Source of the DNA: Auanema rhodensis
Taxonomy: Eukaryota > Animalia > Nematoda
NCBI GenBank assembly: GCA_964057225.1
Contig: OZ059899.1
Span: 14,198,001-14,262,000 of the forward strand
Direction of reading: 5' to 3'
Length of the DNA: 64,000 nt
Positions 25,169 to 38,410 of the stretch are shown here, in pieces. The position numbers and the translations under genes are program-made. The number at the start of each line of letters is the position of its first letter. The first letter of the stretch is position 1. The notes below the pieces were generated by a model. That model was not told the origin of the DNA. It made no database searches and saw nothing but the letters and a program-made list of their open reading frames with translations.

Positions 25169-27160
25169 CCCCTTTCTCTTCTTCTTCTTCTTCTTCTCTT
25201 GCTTTCTCTTCATCTTTCTCTAACATGTTTTCCTATATTAGGTTGTCCTTTGCCTCTCTGTATGCATGACGATGTTTCTCATTTCTCTGCCTCACCTGGT
25301 CAGCCGTAGCTTTAACTCTCAGACATTCGCCGGCAATTCACAACTACTTTATTATTCTGACTGAAAGCAATGTCAATCTACACTCTCGTCACCCTTCCCA
25401 CCCTGACTCATGCTTATCCTTCTCCAGAGCAATTCTCTTATTAGCCATTCTCTTTCTCTCAAACCCTCTCTTTACCTCTCTCTCTCATGTCTCTCTCTCT
25501 CTCTCTATCATTTGCTTCTGTATGAGCAATTTTTCCTTTTTCCTTCATCGTATTTTAATTCCCAAAAGACTTTTCAGAAACATACGCTTAAATTGTTTTG
25601 TGATTTTCACAAAATAGTTAATTTTTATTTTTTGAAATAACATATAGTTAAATATTAAACTATTTATTTTTATTCTTAATTTCCTATGGCTTCAATCAAA
25701 ATGTTTTGAAATCTTTCGCTCATATCCATTTTTGCTTCTGTTCCCTATTCTCTCTCTCCCTCTCTCTCCCTCTCTCTCTATATTTCCTTTTCTTTTCTCT
25801 CTATAATACAAATTCTTCTCTTCTTTTTAATCTTATCTCATGATTATCTCATAAAATACAAGAACAATTTGTGAATTTTGTTATTAAAAACCATGTTTGG
25901 TTGAAGCCGTACTTCAGAGAATTTGCCATTCAGTTTTTGCTTTTAATCTCATTTCACGACACTTTGCTATCTATAATCATATTCAATAATTAGCTTTCAT
26001 GATACAAACATTGAAATTTGTAGATTTTTTCTTATGGAAAATGAAAATTTTTCTTTTTTTTTTGCTGAAATGCAAACGTTCTGGATTCACGTTAGCGTCT
26101 AATTCAACCTTATTCCCAACATAAGTTTGAGTTGATTATTCTTTCTCGTTATACTATGTAATATATAGTTATATACATTTATATATGAATTTTTAAAAAG
26201 AAAAAAGAAAAGAAAAATATACACATATTTCCTTTAAAAATGTTGGAAAAGGAGATTTCTTGTTATTGTTTGAAAATAATTAATTTATCCTAGTTTTGAT
26301 GAATGAGCAAGAAAGGCTGAGCTCAAAACGAAGCATTTTTCTAAAGTAATGTCATTGAAAACTTTAAAGAAAAAACAGGAGAACATCATAGAGAGAGAGA
26401 AAGAGCGAGAGATTGAAAGAGAGAGAAAGAAAGAAAGAGAGAGAGAAGAATTAAACTATATTGTTATATTCAAGAATTCATAATAGAAGACGAAGTATCA
26501 ATTTCGAAACTAAATGAAGTTGTTTGTCTTTGGAATAATTGCTTAATTCTTCTTCTCATTATCATAATTTAGTTACTAACCATCTATTACTTGCACAAGT
26601 TTTTATTTCTGAACTTAATTCTATATGATATTATATAAAATATATTAATCTATTTAAATATTATTCAACTATTTTATTCTTTTTCTCTCTATTAACCTTA
26701 TATTTCATTTTCTTATCACTTAACACAACCTTCTATCCATCTGCTTTACTAAAGCTTGTCTATGGTTAACAGAGCTTCAATACATAATATATGAATAAAC
26801 TATATGTTTATAGTTAAGTATTTAACTATTATTTCTAAAATTAATCTTTACTCATTAGCTACTACTTATTTCTTAATTCACTTAGATGTTATACTCGATT
26901 TGAGCTTTGTTGAACCTACTATAGTACCTATAACTCAAGTTTATACAAGTTTTAGGTAAGAGGAAAAGCCGCACAATGTATAGAACTAGTAAAGAACAAT
27001 ACGCTACTAACTTAAAAGCAATAACTCGACCTGATGCAATAGCTCAATATTAGGTTCTTGCACTGGAAGCAACTATTGATCAATGCCATCAGCATGATTA
27101 TCACTAATTTTATAAGCTTCCGACAACGATTTATCTTTTACCATTTTATTTCTTAAATAT

Positions 27161-27225
<65 letters not shown>

Positions 27226-27743
27226 CTGTTCTTTATGTACATTCTATTCAATCTACCTATAAATCAATCATACGGACTTTTGCAAAGGGGTTAATTCCAA
27301 ATATTTTCAAATTTACTCTCTTTAAATCTCAAAATTCTGAATATTTTTTCCGTCAAAAAGCGTTAATAATAGGTTGAAATGGAATGTAAACTGTCAAAAA
27401 ATGCCAATACATTCCGCAGATCTCATGGTCAGCTAGTTTTCTCCTTCATATTTAACGTCAACATATACTTCTATACTATATAATGTTATAATATTGTTAT
27501 ATTTATAGTATATAGTATAGTATATTTGAACTTTTAGTTTTTATTATCTTAACCTACCTCTCTCTCTCTTCAATTTATCAAATCATTGAATGCCAATTGC
27601 TCCTACACCTGTATACCCACACTCAAACGTTCTTTGGTTTTTTTTTGTTGCTTTGCCAGAAAAAAAACCATTTGGAAAAGCACAACAACAACAAGCTTTC
27701 ATCAATACCAACATCCAGCTCATCCTTGAATTCTCATACTTCC

Positions 27744-27748
<5 letters not shown>

Positions 27749-27818
<70 letters not shown>
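27749..27818. repeat. (CT)n microsatellite
   Basis: About 35 perfect units; one of dozens of such tracts in the window. Confidence 0.95.
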
Positions 27819-27821
<3 letters not shown>

Positions 27822-30800
27822 ATCTATCTATCTACTATACTGTATTTCTTAAAACTTTCTATCAATTTCATCTCATTATTCACATGTTTTGTCTTAAAAT
27901 TTTCATATTTTACAGAATTTCTACGATTGCTATTTGGTGTATGAACATCAGAAGAATGTGTTGTTGAATGACACACACACAGACACACCAACTTTTCATC
28001 TAAAACCTCAACAACTACAGCATATTCAACAGCTTACAGCTTGATTTAACATTAATCAGCTGAAGATCATAACTGAATACATGAGAATCATATTTTTTTG
28101 GTAAAAAAATGAGCAAAAATGCTCATCGTCTCTCATGAATTATATTTCATTTCTCATCTATCCATACACATCTTGACATCTATTTATATTTATTTGTATA
28201 TTTTTTTGCAAATATAAATACTACACTGGTTAGATATGTATAGGCATTGGCTATCTAACGAGCAATAAAAAGCGACTGACATGGATTTTTACCACAATGC
28301 CGCACCCACACAAGCTTGTAGCAGGACTTGCTCCTTGGCCCTTCCTCCCCCCCCCCTAACACCACACAAAAAATCGCTACAACTGCACTTCAGACAAAAA
28401 GAAAAAAAAGTTTTTTTGTCTAATCTTTTCAACTTGGAATGCCTTTATTCATTTAACGTTATATTGTTTATTAGATATAACATGGGAATAACATCATATC
28501 TTTACTCATACTACTACCGTAGCATTTTGTTTCAAACGTTTTCAAGTTTCTTCACAAAAATGGAAGAAAGTTTGAGAAAGAAGAAGGTCAACTATGAACA
28601 GAATAAGCGAATAAGCAATTGAATGCAATTTTGCAAAAAAGAAAGTTAAATATAAATTGAAAACGTCATTTCTATTTTCGGATATAAGGCCTCCAGTTAT
28701 CCACATATTTCACTGATTTCTTCAAATTTTTCATTTCATCATCTGACATTCAATATTTCTACCTGTTGTCGTTTCTCACAATTTATAGGCTTGATCTATT
28801 CAGTCTCATTCTTTACCTCTTTCCGTCTTCTTTTCTCTCTCTCTCTCTCTCTCTCTCCCTCTCTCCCTCTCTCTATCTTTATCTCTATCTATCTCTCTCT
28901 ATCTTTTGCCTACAATTTTTTCCCTTTAATTCGTATAAATATGATGTGGAATGATTATAAAAAATAATATTTATATATATATAAATAGATTTTATTTACT
29001 TCAAAATCTTTCTTATATTAAATCTAAATTATATGATATAGTATAGAGACATTTTTACTTTATTCAATGCTCTCTTTTCATTCTCTTTCCTCTTCCTCAA
29101 CCTCACAAACTTGTCCAGCTTATGCTCAAGCATTTTTTTGTATATATTTTCTTATTCATTTGTCTATTTTTTTTTGAATATGAAGAAATTCAACGGTTGA
29201 TGACAATGACATGGACACTAGTGCTGCCTCCATCATCATCAACGTCATCATCATCACCATCGTTAGTATCAGCATCAGCATCATCATCAGTATTCATCTT
29301 CTTCATCATTTTACTATTTTTATTGATTTTTTAAATATTTATTTATTATTTTTTTATATTATATACATACATATAGTAAGATTTATATCCTCAATCGATG
29401 TTATGATGATCGTTTGTCTGTCACATATGCTACTTGATTGAAGTCTCAACAACTTTAATTTGAGCTTTTCTCCCCTATTTCTTCAATATGTCATGAATCA
29501 GTTTCTTTTAAGCAATTGATACATTTTGAGTTTCAACCAAAGCTACTCCTACTACTGCTGTTGCCAAATCACAGCTTACTTGGTGTTTTTCGTGTAATAT
29601 TTGATTTTTGAAAACTTTTTTTTTTTGAAACAAAATGAAACTGGAACTAAACAGGGTGGCAACGGAAAAAAGAAAGAGGAAGAGAGCGAGGGAGAGATTG
29701 AGAGAGAGAGAGAGAGAGTAAGGTAGGTAGAGAGCAAGAACATATTAGGAAATACCTAGCTCCTGTTGGCTGCAGCTTACGCTGAATGATGAATGTTTGA
29801 CCGATTACGGGTGATCGCATGATTTCCTCAAATTTCGGTATAAATGATGGGAATGAGAGCTTTAGTCTGTCAATGAATAGGCATATATAGCGTTATTCAC
29901 TATATTACTTGGAAGCTTTGAAGGAAAAAGCAAAACCTGTCGTCGTCTTTTCTGCTTCTTTGTCACTCTAACGATTAGCTCGCTCTTTCTGGTCGTATAA
30001 CTCCAACTTCAGCTCTCTAACTTCACCTTCTTCCTTTCTCGATTTTCCTTCCTCATTTTCAAAACCCGCTTGCTGGCCATCGTCCGAGCTGATGCTACTG
30101 CTTGCTGTACTAGACTAACATCTTATTTGGGTCACCAGAATCTATCCGAATACTAATGCCATCTGGATCTACTACACCTTCAGTCTCAGCTGGGTAGTCC
30201 TTTTCACTCCTATCACCTACCCGCCTCTATTGATGAATGCCTAACAGCCATAAGCTGTAAGATTTGATATAAAACAGATCTTCTTTAAACTTTCAGCCAA
30301 TGTTTTATGAAAAAAATAAATTAATTGGGCTGATTCCATTACTCCGCACCCCCCCCCCCCATCTCTTTCTCAACGTATCTTCCTTCCTTCATCTTTGTGC
30401 TTGTCCTTCTTACTTCAGACTACTTTAGACTTCACCTTTTCATATACTCTCGAAACCCTTACACACAGACTCATAGCAAGAACATATATGCAGGTATTTA
30501 AGATATGTGCTTCCTAATTTCCTAAACATAGCACGCACACATACATCACATACAGCTTGCTCTATAATGCTTGAGATATCAAGTGATATCAAACGCAAAA
30601 GCCAAGCAAAAGCTGTTCATAGGAAGTGCCAAATGTCACATGTCACTTTTTCTCTCTTTATCACTCTTCTTCACCTCTCCCTCTCTCTCTATTCTATTCC
30701 ATCTTTACTTCTTGCTCTCTTTCAAAAACCTTCTTGTTATATTAATGTCATGTTAATACGTGTTAAGGTACAATCCAATCTCACATAATGTCTTCTTCAT

Positions 30801-31336
30801 TTCCAAAATTTCTTCAAAACATCCTTAGATTCCTTTTCTCTTCACTCAGTTTAGTTGTGGTGTATGTGCCAATTGTTTGCCTATCTGTTTCTCTTCTTCT
30901 CTCTCTCTCTCTCTCTCCTTCTCTCTATGATTCAAAATCCAACAGCAGCAGTTGGCTATTCCGGAGATTTCTGCCTTACGAATAGTCTTTAAAGAACTTA
31001 CAGGCTTTTGTTATTTTTCTTTTCTCTGTTCTCGCTCTTACTCTCTCAGGTTCTCTCTCTCTCTATAGCTGTTTTTTCTGTTTTTCTCTTCATTTCCCTC
31101 TTAATTTATTTCTCCATATATCTATTTCTCCAGATTAATTATCATGTTTTGTTCAGATATTAACAATCTTTCGTTTTTTTTCCAATAATCACTTGTTCGT
31201 TATCATCTAAAATCATTTCATTCAAATTATACTAATTATATAAATTTAAATATTATTTTTCGCGCCAGAACGTTCACGTATATCTTTGAAACAAACTGCA
31301 TTCATAATTATGCTTGTGGACGTGTTAAGCGGTTGT

Positions 31337-31391
<55 letters not shown>

Positions 31392-32677
31392 AACTTACAT
31401 CTTCACCCCTTACCTCACACCATATCCTGTTTCGTGATCTTCGCACATCTTACCGTTGTTCCTTTCATAATGAGCATCTTCTCCAGCTACTTCCATATAA
31501 TCATTACTAATTATGCTTTATATAATATAAATATGTTAATCATTTACAGTATTCATGTCAATAACATGCTCTTCATACTCTATCCATATCTCCTCATCTT
31601 CACACTATTTGAGAAGATTCCGTCGGCCCATCAATCATTTGGCTCTTCAAATCTTATGTTCTGCCTTCCACATCATTTGTACCTAACTAGCATACCTGTC
31701 TCTTCTCTCATCTCCTATCTTTTTATTGTTTTACATCTTGATGAGCTTAAAAAGCCAGAAAAGAAGATATATAATGAGAAGAAAGTCAATCATTTAACAA
31801 TTCTTCCTTATATAACTATATATTTCATGTCATCTCATGTCAATCAGTATCTTCATCTTCTTCCAATCCACCTAGTTTCAAAACAAAATATTTTCTTTTT
31901 CTCTATACTACCTCACTGATTAACATTATATCACATGAGAAGAAGCTTGTTCATCCTGTTGTCATTTCTTCACAATATTTGTAATTAGCCCTTCGCCTCT
32001 ACCTCTAGTGTCCACAACCTTTCCCCCTCTCTCTTTTTCTCTTTATCTCTATCTCTCTCCCTCTCTCTCAGTTTCTCTCTCTCTCATCTCTCTTACATAC
32101 ACACAAACACACCTCTTCCTAAGTCTCATACTTATTGCCTTCGCCTTACGAATTCTACCTCATCTGTCGTCAGCTACAACACAGAATTTTTTTCTCGGAT
32201 TTTCTCAGATGCATTTCAATTACTTTTTTTTCAAATTACCCTTGTATTAATATTCTATTTAACTTCTACGTATTCTAATTATACAAACTATAATAAACTA
32301 AATATTACATGTTTCCTGAATATTCAATATGAAATGAAACCCAACTCGTACTTTGACAGTAAAAAAGACAAACCTAATTGGTCTATTGAAGAGGGCATAA
32401 AAGACTTGTTGTTTTCTTTCAGTTTTTTTTCTGGCTTGAGCTGAACATGAAGCCACTTGATGGTCCTATTATCAAGTATCGTAATTACATTCAATTTTGA
32501 ACCGGAAAATGCATCAGATGCGGAAATGAGGGTCAGGGATTCCGTAAGATTCAAGAAGAAGTAAGAGAAATGAAAGATAGAGAGAATGAGAAATCAGTCA
32601 AACAGAGAGAGAGAGAACGAGAATAGAATGCAGAGGATGGTTACCACATTGATATAACCATAAACATTCTACTTTAG

Positions 32678-32822
32678 TGACCATGATGTGAACACATCAG
32701 AGCAATAGTATAAGCTGATCCATGCAAAGCATAGTGACACTGGAGAGTATACATGTATTGCTGTGACAGTAGATGACCCCCTGAGGGCATATTATGTCAT
32801 TATAAAGCCAACTGATTGCTAG
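32678..32822 (+). pseudogene. Isolated immunoglobulin-domain-like coding fragment with an in-frame stop
   Basis: After TTTAG (ends 32677) the frame reads DHDVNTSEQ*YKLIHAKHSDTGEYTCIAVTVDDPLRAYYVIIKPTDC*. DTGEYTC fits the D-x-G-x-Y-x-C motif of the Ig F strand. Confidence 0.3.
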
Positions 32823-33350
32823 AAAAATCTCAGTTCTGTTAATGTGTGGTTTGGTTGGCACCTCACAATGACATTCTGCTTGTCAATATATTTGAAAGAT
32901 AGTTACATATGTATTGATTGCATTTCTTATCCATCTGTAATGATTGAAGCATAAGAGACAGACAGAGCAACAGACAGGAAACAGAGCAAGAAGAGATAGA
33001 GAAAGAACTTGGAGTAAAGAGTTGAAAGAGATATCGAGAAACTTTGTTTTGTACAGGATGAACAAGTAATTTCAAGAAAAATATGATGAATAAGGAACAT
33101 TGAGAGTGAGAGAGAGAGAGTGAAAGAGAGAGAGAGAAAGTGAAAGAGAGAGAGAGAGAGAGAAAGAGAGATAAACAACAAACCTGGATGAGTTCAGCAG
33201 GTAAACTAGAAAAGAAAGGCAAGTTTTCAGTTTACATGATGATTGAATACACTTAAACCTCCATTGTTTCTTAAATTATGTTCTTTTACCTATTTCATTT
33301 TCTTTTACAAGTAAAATGATAGATTATTTGAAAGTTACAAGAAATTAAAA

Positions 33351-33420
<70 letters not shown>

Positions 33421-35019
33421 ATGTTACTTAAATAAAAAGAGAGTTCGAGCAGCTGCCTACACATTCGGTATCTTGGATCTCAATGCCATCACTATCTTTC
33501 TTTCTCTCTCTGTTTCACTCTATTTTCTTTCAGGTTATTTCTGTTTCTTTTGCCTTTATCTCCAGGTTTTCCTCAGATATGCGGCATCTTTCGCAAGAGT
33601 TTACAGCTAGAATAACAGCTTTCTCTTGTCATCCCTTTTCCTTGTCTGTTCGTCTGTTTTCTCTTTCTCTCTCTTTCTCTCTCTCTCTCTCATCAATTGT
33701 ACGTGTTAAAAAAAGGAAATATAAAGAAAGAATTAGAGAAAGAGAGAAAAATAATATAAATATAGTGAACAATTTTCTTTTTTTTTAATTCTCACAGTAA
33801 AATTGTTGGTTTTTTTGACAATTACAAGAATATTCTAAGCATTTCCTTAGCTGAAAAAGACAATAGTATTCTTCTTTCTCTCTTTCTCTCTCTCTCTTTC
33901 TTTACCTCTATTCTCTATAACTCTCTATCTCCCTCTCTTTTCCTCTTTTCTCTTTAACGCATTCAATCTTTCATTTTCTCTCTTTAATTCGTTTCTCTGC
34001 CTCTATATTCCCCGATACCTTATTCTTTCTGTTTCATCCATCTTGCTTTCTTATTCTTTTTTTTCATTCTTTTCTGTATTCATGTGAATCTGGGGGTCGA
34101 TTGCTGTTGCTCTGGTAGTTAGCTAGTATGTATATGTGTGAAGCACAAGATAAAGAGTGAGAAAGAGAGAATGAGAAAGAGGAATAAGAAAAGGAAAAAA
34201 GTTAGATTGCTGAATGCGAATGGTGGTGTTAGTAGAAAAAGGAAAGCTCTTTCACAGTCTCAAGAAAAGCAGAAGCAGACTTCGCTTCTTTGGCTTTCAT
34301 CGCCCATAGCTAGATTCTCATTCCTACTAAAGCAAATGAAACAAACGTTTGTTAGATCAAGTTGATACTTGACGTCTAAAAGCCATCATTGTTTCATCTA
34401 AAGTTAGAAATAATCATTTTCGAAGCTTTAACGAAGACGTCAGAAATCATTTTACCTTCTTCAGTAGCTAATCACTATCTGATAATATTTTTTGATATTC
34501 GTTACGTTTATCAGTTAATCTAGTCAACATGATTTAATTTCTGTTTTTCTTTAACTCATATAGTTGTGCCGTATGCTATCTGTCCTTCTGCTCCACACCA
34601 GGCCTTAGAGTATCACCTAAGTTGCTCAACCAGCTGCTACTTTTGCCTTTCAATGTCGTCTGTAATGATCCGACGTTCTTCGGCCTCTGACCTTTGCCTT
34701 CAATTTTTTTCCAGCTATTTTCATCTTTCAATCATTCTTCTGTATTCTGAATTGCTAAATACTTACATCATCATCATCAACATGTACATTTCTCATAACT
34801 CCTCGTCATCCTGAAAACATCATCCAAACCTTACTTTTAAGCTTTTTGTATATGATATGTATTGGTTTTGAAAAAGTAATTCATAATCATAATGCTTTCA
34901 CCATTTTTCAACTTTGTTTTAATCTATTTGTTCAAAAATCTTTACATATAACCATTAAAACTTATTTATATATTTCCCCTCCTTACAAGTACCATTCCAA
35001 CTCTTTCCTTTTCTGTTCC

Positions 35020-35080
<61 letters not shown>

Positions 35081-35346
35081 TCTCTCTCACTCTCACTCTC
35101 TCTTTCTTATTTTTTATATTAAGATAATCACTCAATCTCTCTCTCTTTTTCCTAGCTTCCTCTATATCTCTCTCTCTGTCTCTCTCTCTCTCTCTCAAAG
35201 ATTATCTCAAACCTTGTATGTCTAATACCATTTTTTCAAAATTTAAGTTAATTATACAATTCTTCTTTTTTTATTTAAATATATATTATCGTTTAATATA
35301 TTTTACTTTATTATTATTGATAATATAATTATTGATTTGATTTCAG

Positions 35347-35486
35347 AGCTTTCGTAAGCCTCATCTTAGCTACGGATTGTTGTTTTCAAATTGGTTTATT
35401 CAAAACATCAAAAGCTATATTCATTCTATCATTTTCCTAATTATTCCTTATAAACTATTTGAATAAGACATATTTCCAGTTTTAAA
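35347..35486 (+). other. Candidate non-coding 5' exon (possibly unc-103 5'UTR)
   Basis: Bounded by TTTCAG (35341-35346) and GTAAGT (35487); contains no ATG. Confidence 0.35.
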
Positions 35487-37005
35487 GTAAGTTCATTTTT
35501 CTTTTTTTTTATTATTTTCAATCAATTTCTTGTAATTTTCTTAAACTTTCTTATCATATTCTGAAGATATTCTTTCATCTTCTTCATCTTTCTTTTCCTT
35601 CTATTCTTCTTCTTCTTTTTCTTTTTTTTCCTCTTTATCATCATTGTCTGCTTCTGAAGCTTTAATAGCTTCAGAGTTTTCTCACGTTTTTCACGTGAAC
35701 ATCTGTACTGAGATTATGAGGCATTTGAATCATTGTATATGTTGTAATCGGTTGCTCTTTCCTATTATCCTTTATGTTTTTTGTTTATTTTTCCTCATTT
35801 TCTCAGAATTCACTCAAATGACTTCGTTTGCCGTTTTATGCAGTTTATGCATTTTTTAAAAACTATCTAAACACATAGTATACATTGCTTAACTACACAT
35901 GCCTCACTTTTTGTTTTCATTCGAAAATTATTGCTCTTGACTTGTCAACTACTGAATCCATATTTGAATTTCAAGCATAGTTTGAATGAACAGTGAGGTT
36001 GTGTATATACCTTCTATACCTCTCCTTGTTCATGTTCCTAACCACAATTTCTTTATAGCTTCACCGCTTTTCCTACCTCACTCTCCCTCTGTTTTACCTA
36101 AAGTTTTACTTTTTTTCTCTCTCTCTCTTTCTCTCTTTTTTTTAATTTCTCTCTCTCTCTCTCTCACTCTCTCTCTCTCTATCTCTCTATCTCTCTCTCT
36201 CTCTTTTTATTTCGTTTGGGTGGGGGGAGTACCTTTTCTCATTTTCTCCTCGATTTACTCATGTCATTTTCATGATATGGCCTACTCTTTTTGCCTCTGG
36301 CTATTGTTATTTTTCAAGCATCTCTCCAACACAATTTGTTTTTTATTTTTCTAAAGCATTTTTTCCAAATTTTTCCGATAAACTTGCCCTGCTCCTGCTG
36401 TCCATGTATTTCAATAGGTCGACTGTTTCCAAAACGATTATACATTTCCCAAATAGTCTGTTTGTTTCTCTGTCTAGAACCCTCTTCGTCATTTGTTTTT
36501 TCTGTCTCTCTTTCTCAGAAAATTTTGCTGAGGTTGAAAAAAGCGTTTTTTTCTATTTTTCTAATTTTATTTTATTTTATTTTTATTTTTCTTTTAATTA
36601 TCATAATATTTCTAAGATTATATATACACTTGTATTTGCTAAACACTTCACATATTGAAGAAAAGTTCAAAAAACCCGATTAAACTACAAAAATAATTTG
36701 GTTCAATAACTGATCTTTTATTCTGGGAACATTTCTTTTCAAAAGTGCTCAAGGTTTAGCAAGTACGACTGTATGTCTCTAACTATTCTTAATTATAATT
36801 ATAATTTTTATTCAAATTCTATTCCTTTAAATTTAATTATTTGAATATTTTACCATTTTACTGTATATTTAATCTTCCGCCGCACACGTGTCACGTAACT
36901 TTACGTGACTGACTTTATTTTTATGAATCTCATCTTGAAAGACGGTTGTATTTCAAATTCTTATTGTTTTAAAAAAAATAATTTAATTCACATGTTCGAT
37001 TTCAG

Positions 37006-37106
37006 ATGATTTTTGAGATTTTCGCCTGAAAATTAAGTATCTGAGATTCTGAAGTTACGATCATCATCAACTTCATCATCACGCCTTCCCTGTTGTCATG
37101 CGTGCC
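37006..37106 (+). other. Candidate exon ending ATG CGT GCC|GTGAGT (micro first coding exon 'MRA', or a UTR exon)
   Basis: TTTCAG acceptor ending at 37005 and GTGAGT donor at 37107. The ATG at 37098 is in phase 0 with the donor and has an upstream in-frame stop. Confidence 0.35.
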
Positions 37107-37812
37107 GTGAGTTTTCATTCATTTTATTTTTCATAAAAAACAATTAAAAACTGTTATACAAATCAAAATAAAAAAAGAGAGATTCTACCAATTCTTGACG
37201 ACTCAAAGAAAATGTAATTTTCGTTTTAATTTTTTGGAAAACAAATTTGAAAATCAGATTGTTATTTGCTAGCTTTATACACCACATATAAAACATATTA
37301 AGAAGTTGTATTAAATTTTAAAAAAGCTATAATAAAGTGATAGAATGAGATGAAAACAGAAATATATTTTCTAATAAAAAATTTGAAAAAAAAAAAAAAA
37401 GGCAAATGAAAGAGTTTTACATCTATTGTAAACAGGTGAACAGGTAAACAATATTAGAGTATTTTACATTTATAATATATTTAATTTTTATTATTTTAAT
37501 TATATTTATAGTATATGCATGCTAATATTGGACTGTAATATAGTATATAGAGATATTTCATATATTGATTTGGACTAGTAGTATACTATAATCAAAGTAA
37601 TGATAATTATTATGCCTGGAGGCTATTGAAAGACAACTTGATACTTGATTGTCTTTTGGCATTATATGCTTGTTAATATCTCCCCGATGTCTTGTTGCAA
37701 TCGTAATTAGCTGTGAAGAGAAAAAATCGAAACAGCTTCTGCTACTTCATCTCTTCATCATCACTTCAGATAGTATTGTTTTCTTTTTTTGTTGGAAGAA
37801 TTAGCCTTCATC

Positions 37813-37877
<65 letters not shown>

Positions 37878-38339
37878 CTTTTGTTTTCTATTTTATTTCT
37901 CTCATTCTATTTCTCAATCTATTTAGATTTTGCTTTCTCATTTCTTCATTTGACTTCTATTTGTGATTCAGCATTCAGCGCTTTATCTATAACATTCACA
38001 GTTCTCTATCTTCTAAAACTTTCTGACATCGAGTCAATGTCTCATCCGACTTGAATCTTTAAGCTGATTTAATTCTCATCTGACTCCCAGCTTGGCAGCA
38101 TTTTCGTTTTCAGCCTCACAGGCATTCCATAATTCAATTGAAATAAGCTGTTGCCTTTTGTCATTTTTTTCTTCCCACATCGTGCTTGGCATCCAGAGCT
38201 CTTATAGCATTTTGTGTATCTGTTATCTCAGGAGACAAGCTGAGGCTGCAATCTTTTTTTTTTATATCAGTATAATGATAATTTAACATCATTTTAATAC
38301 TATTTTATAAATAATTATAGTTACTTATACTATATATTA

Positions 38340-38342
<3 letters not shown>

Positions 38343-38404
<62 letters not shown>

Positions 38405-38410
38405 TATATA
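38343..38410. repeat. (TA)n microsatellite
   Basis: About 33 units with one interruption. Confidence 0.95.

Noticed and set aside
27380-27390. TGGAATGTAAA, identical to the first 11 nt of miR-1
   Set aside because: It diverges after nt 11 and there is no upstream complementary arm as in pre-mir-1.
34561-34810. Coiled-coil-like minus frame (…RQRSEAEERRIITDDIERQK*QLVEQLR*) as a pseudogene or alternative genetic code
   Set aside because: Seven stops of all three types in 83 codons is no fewer than random, and the E/R/K richness follows from a purine-rich strand.
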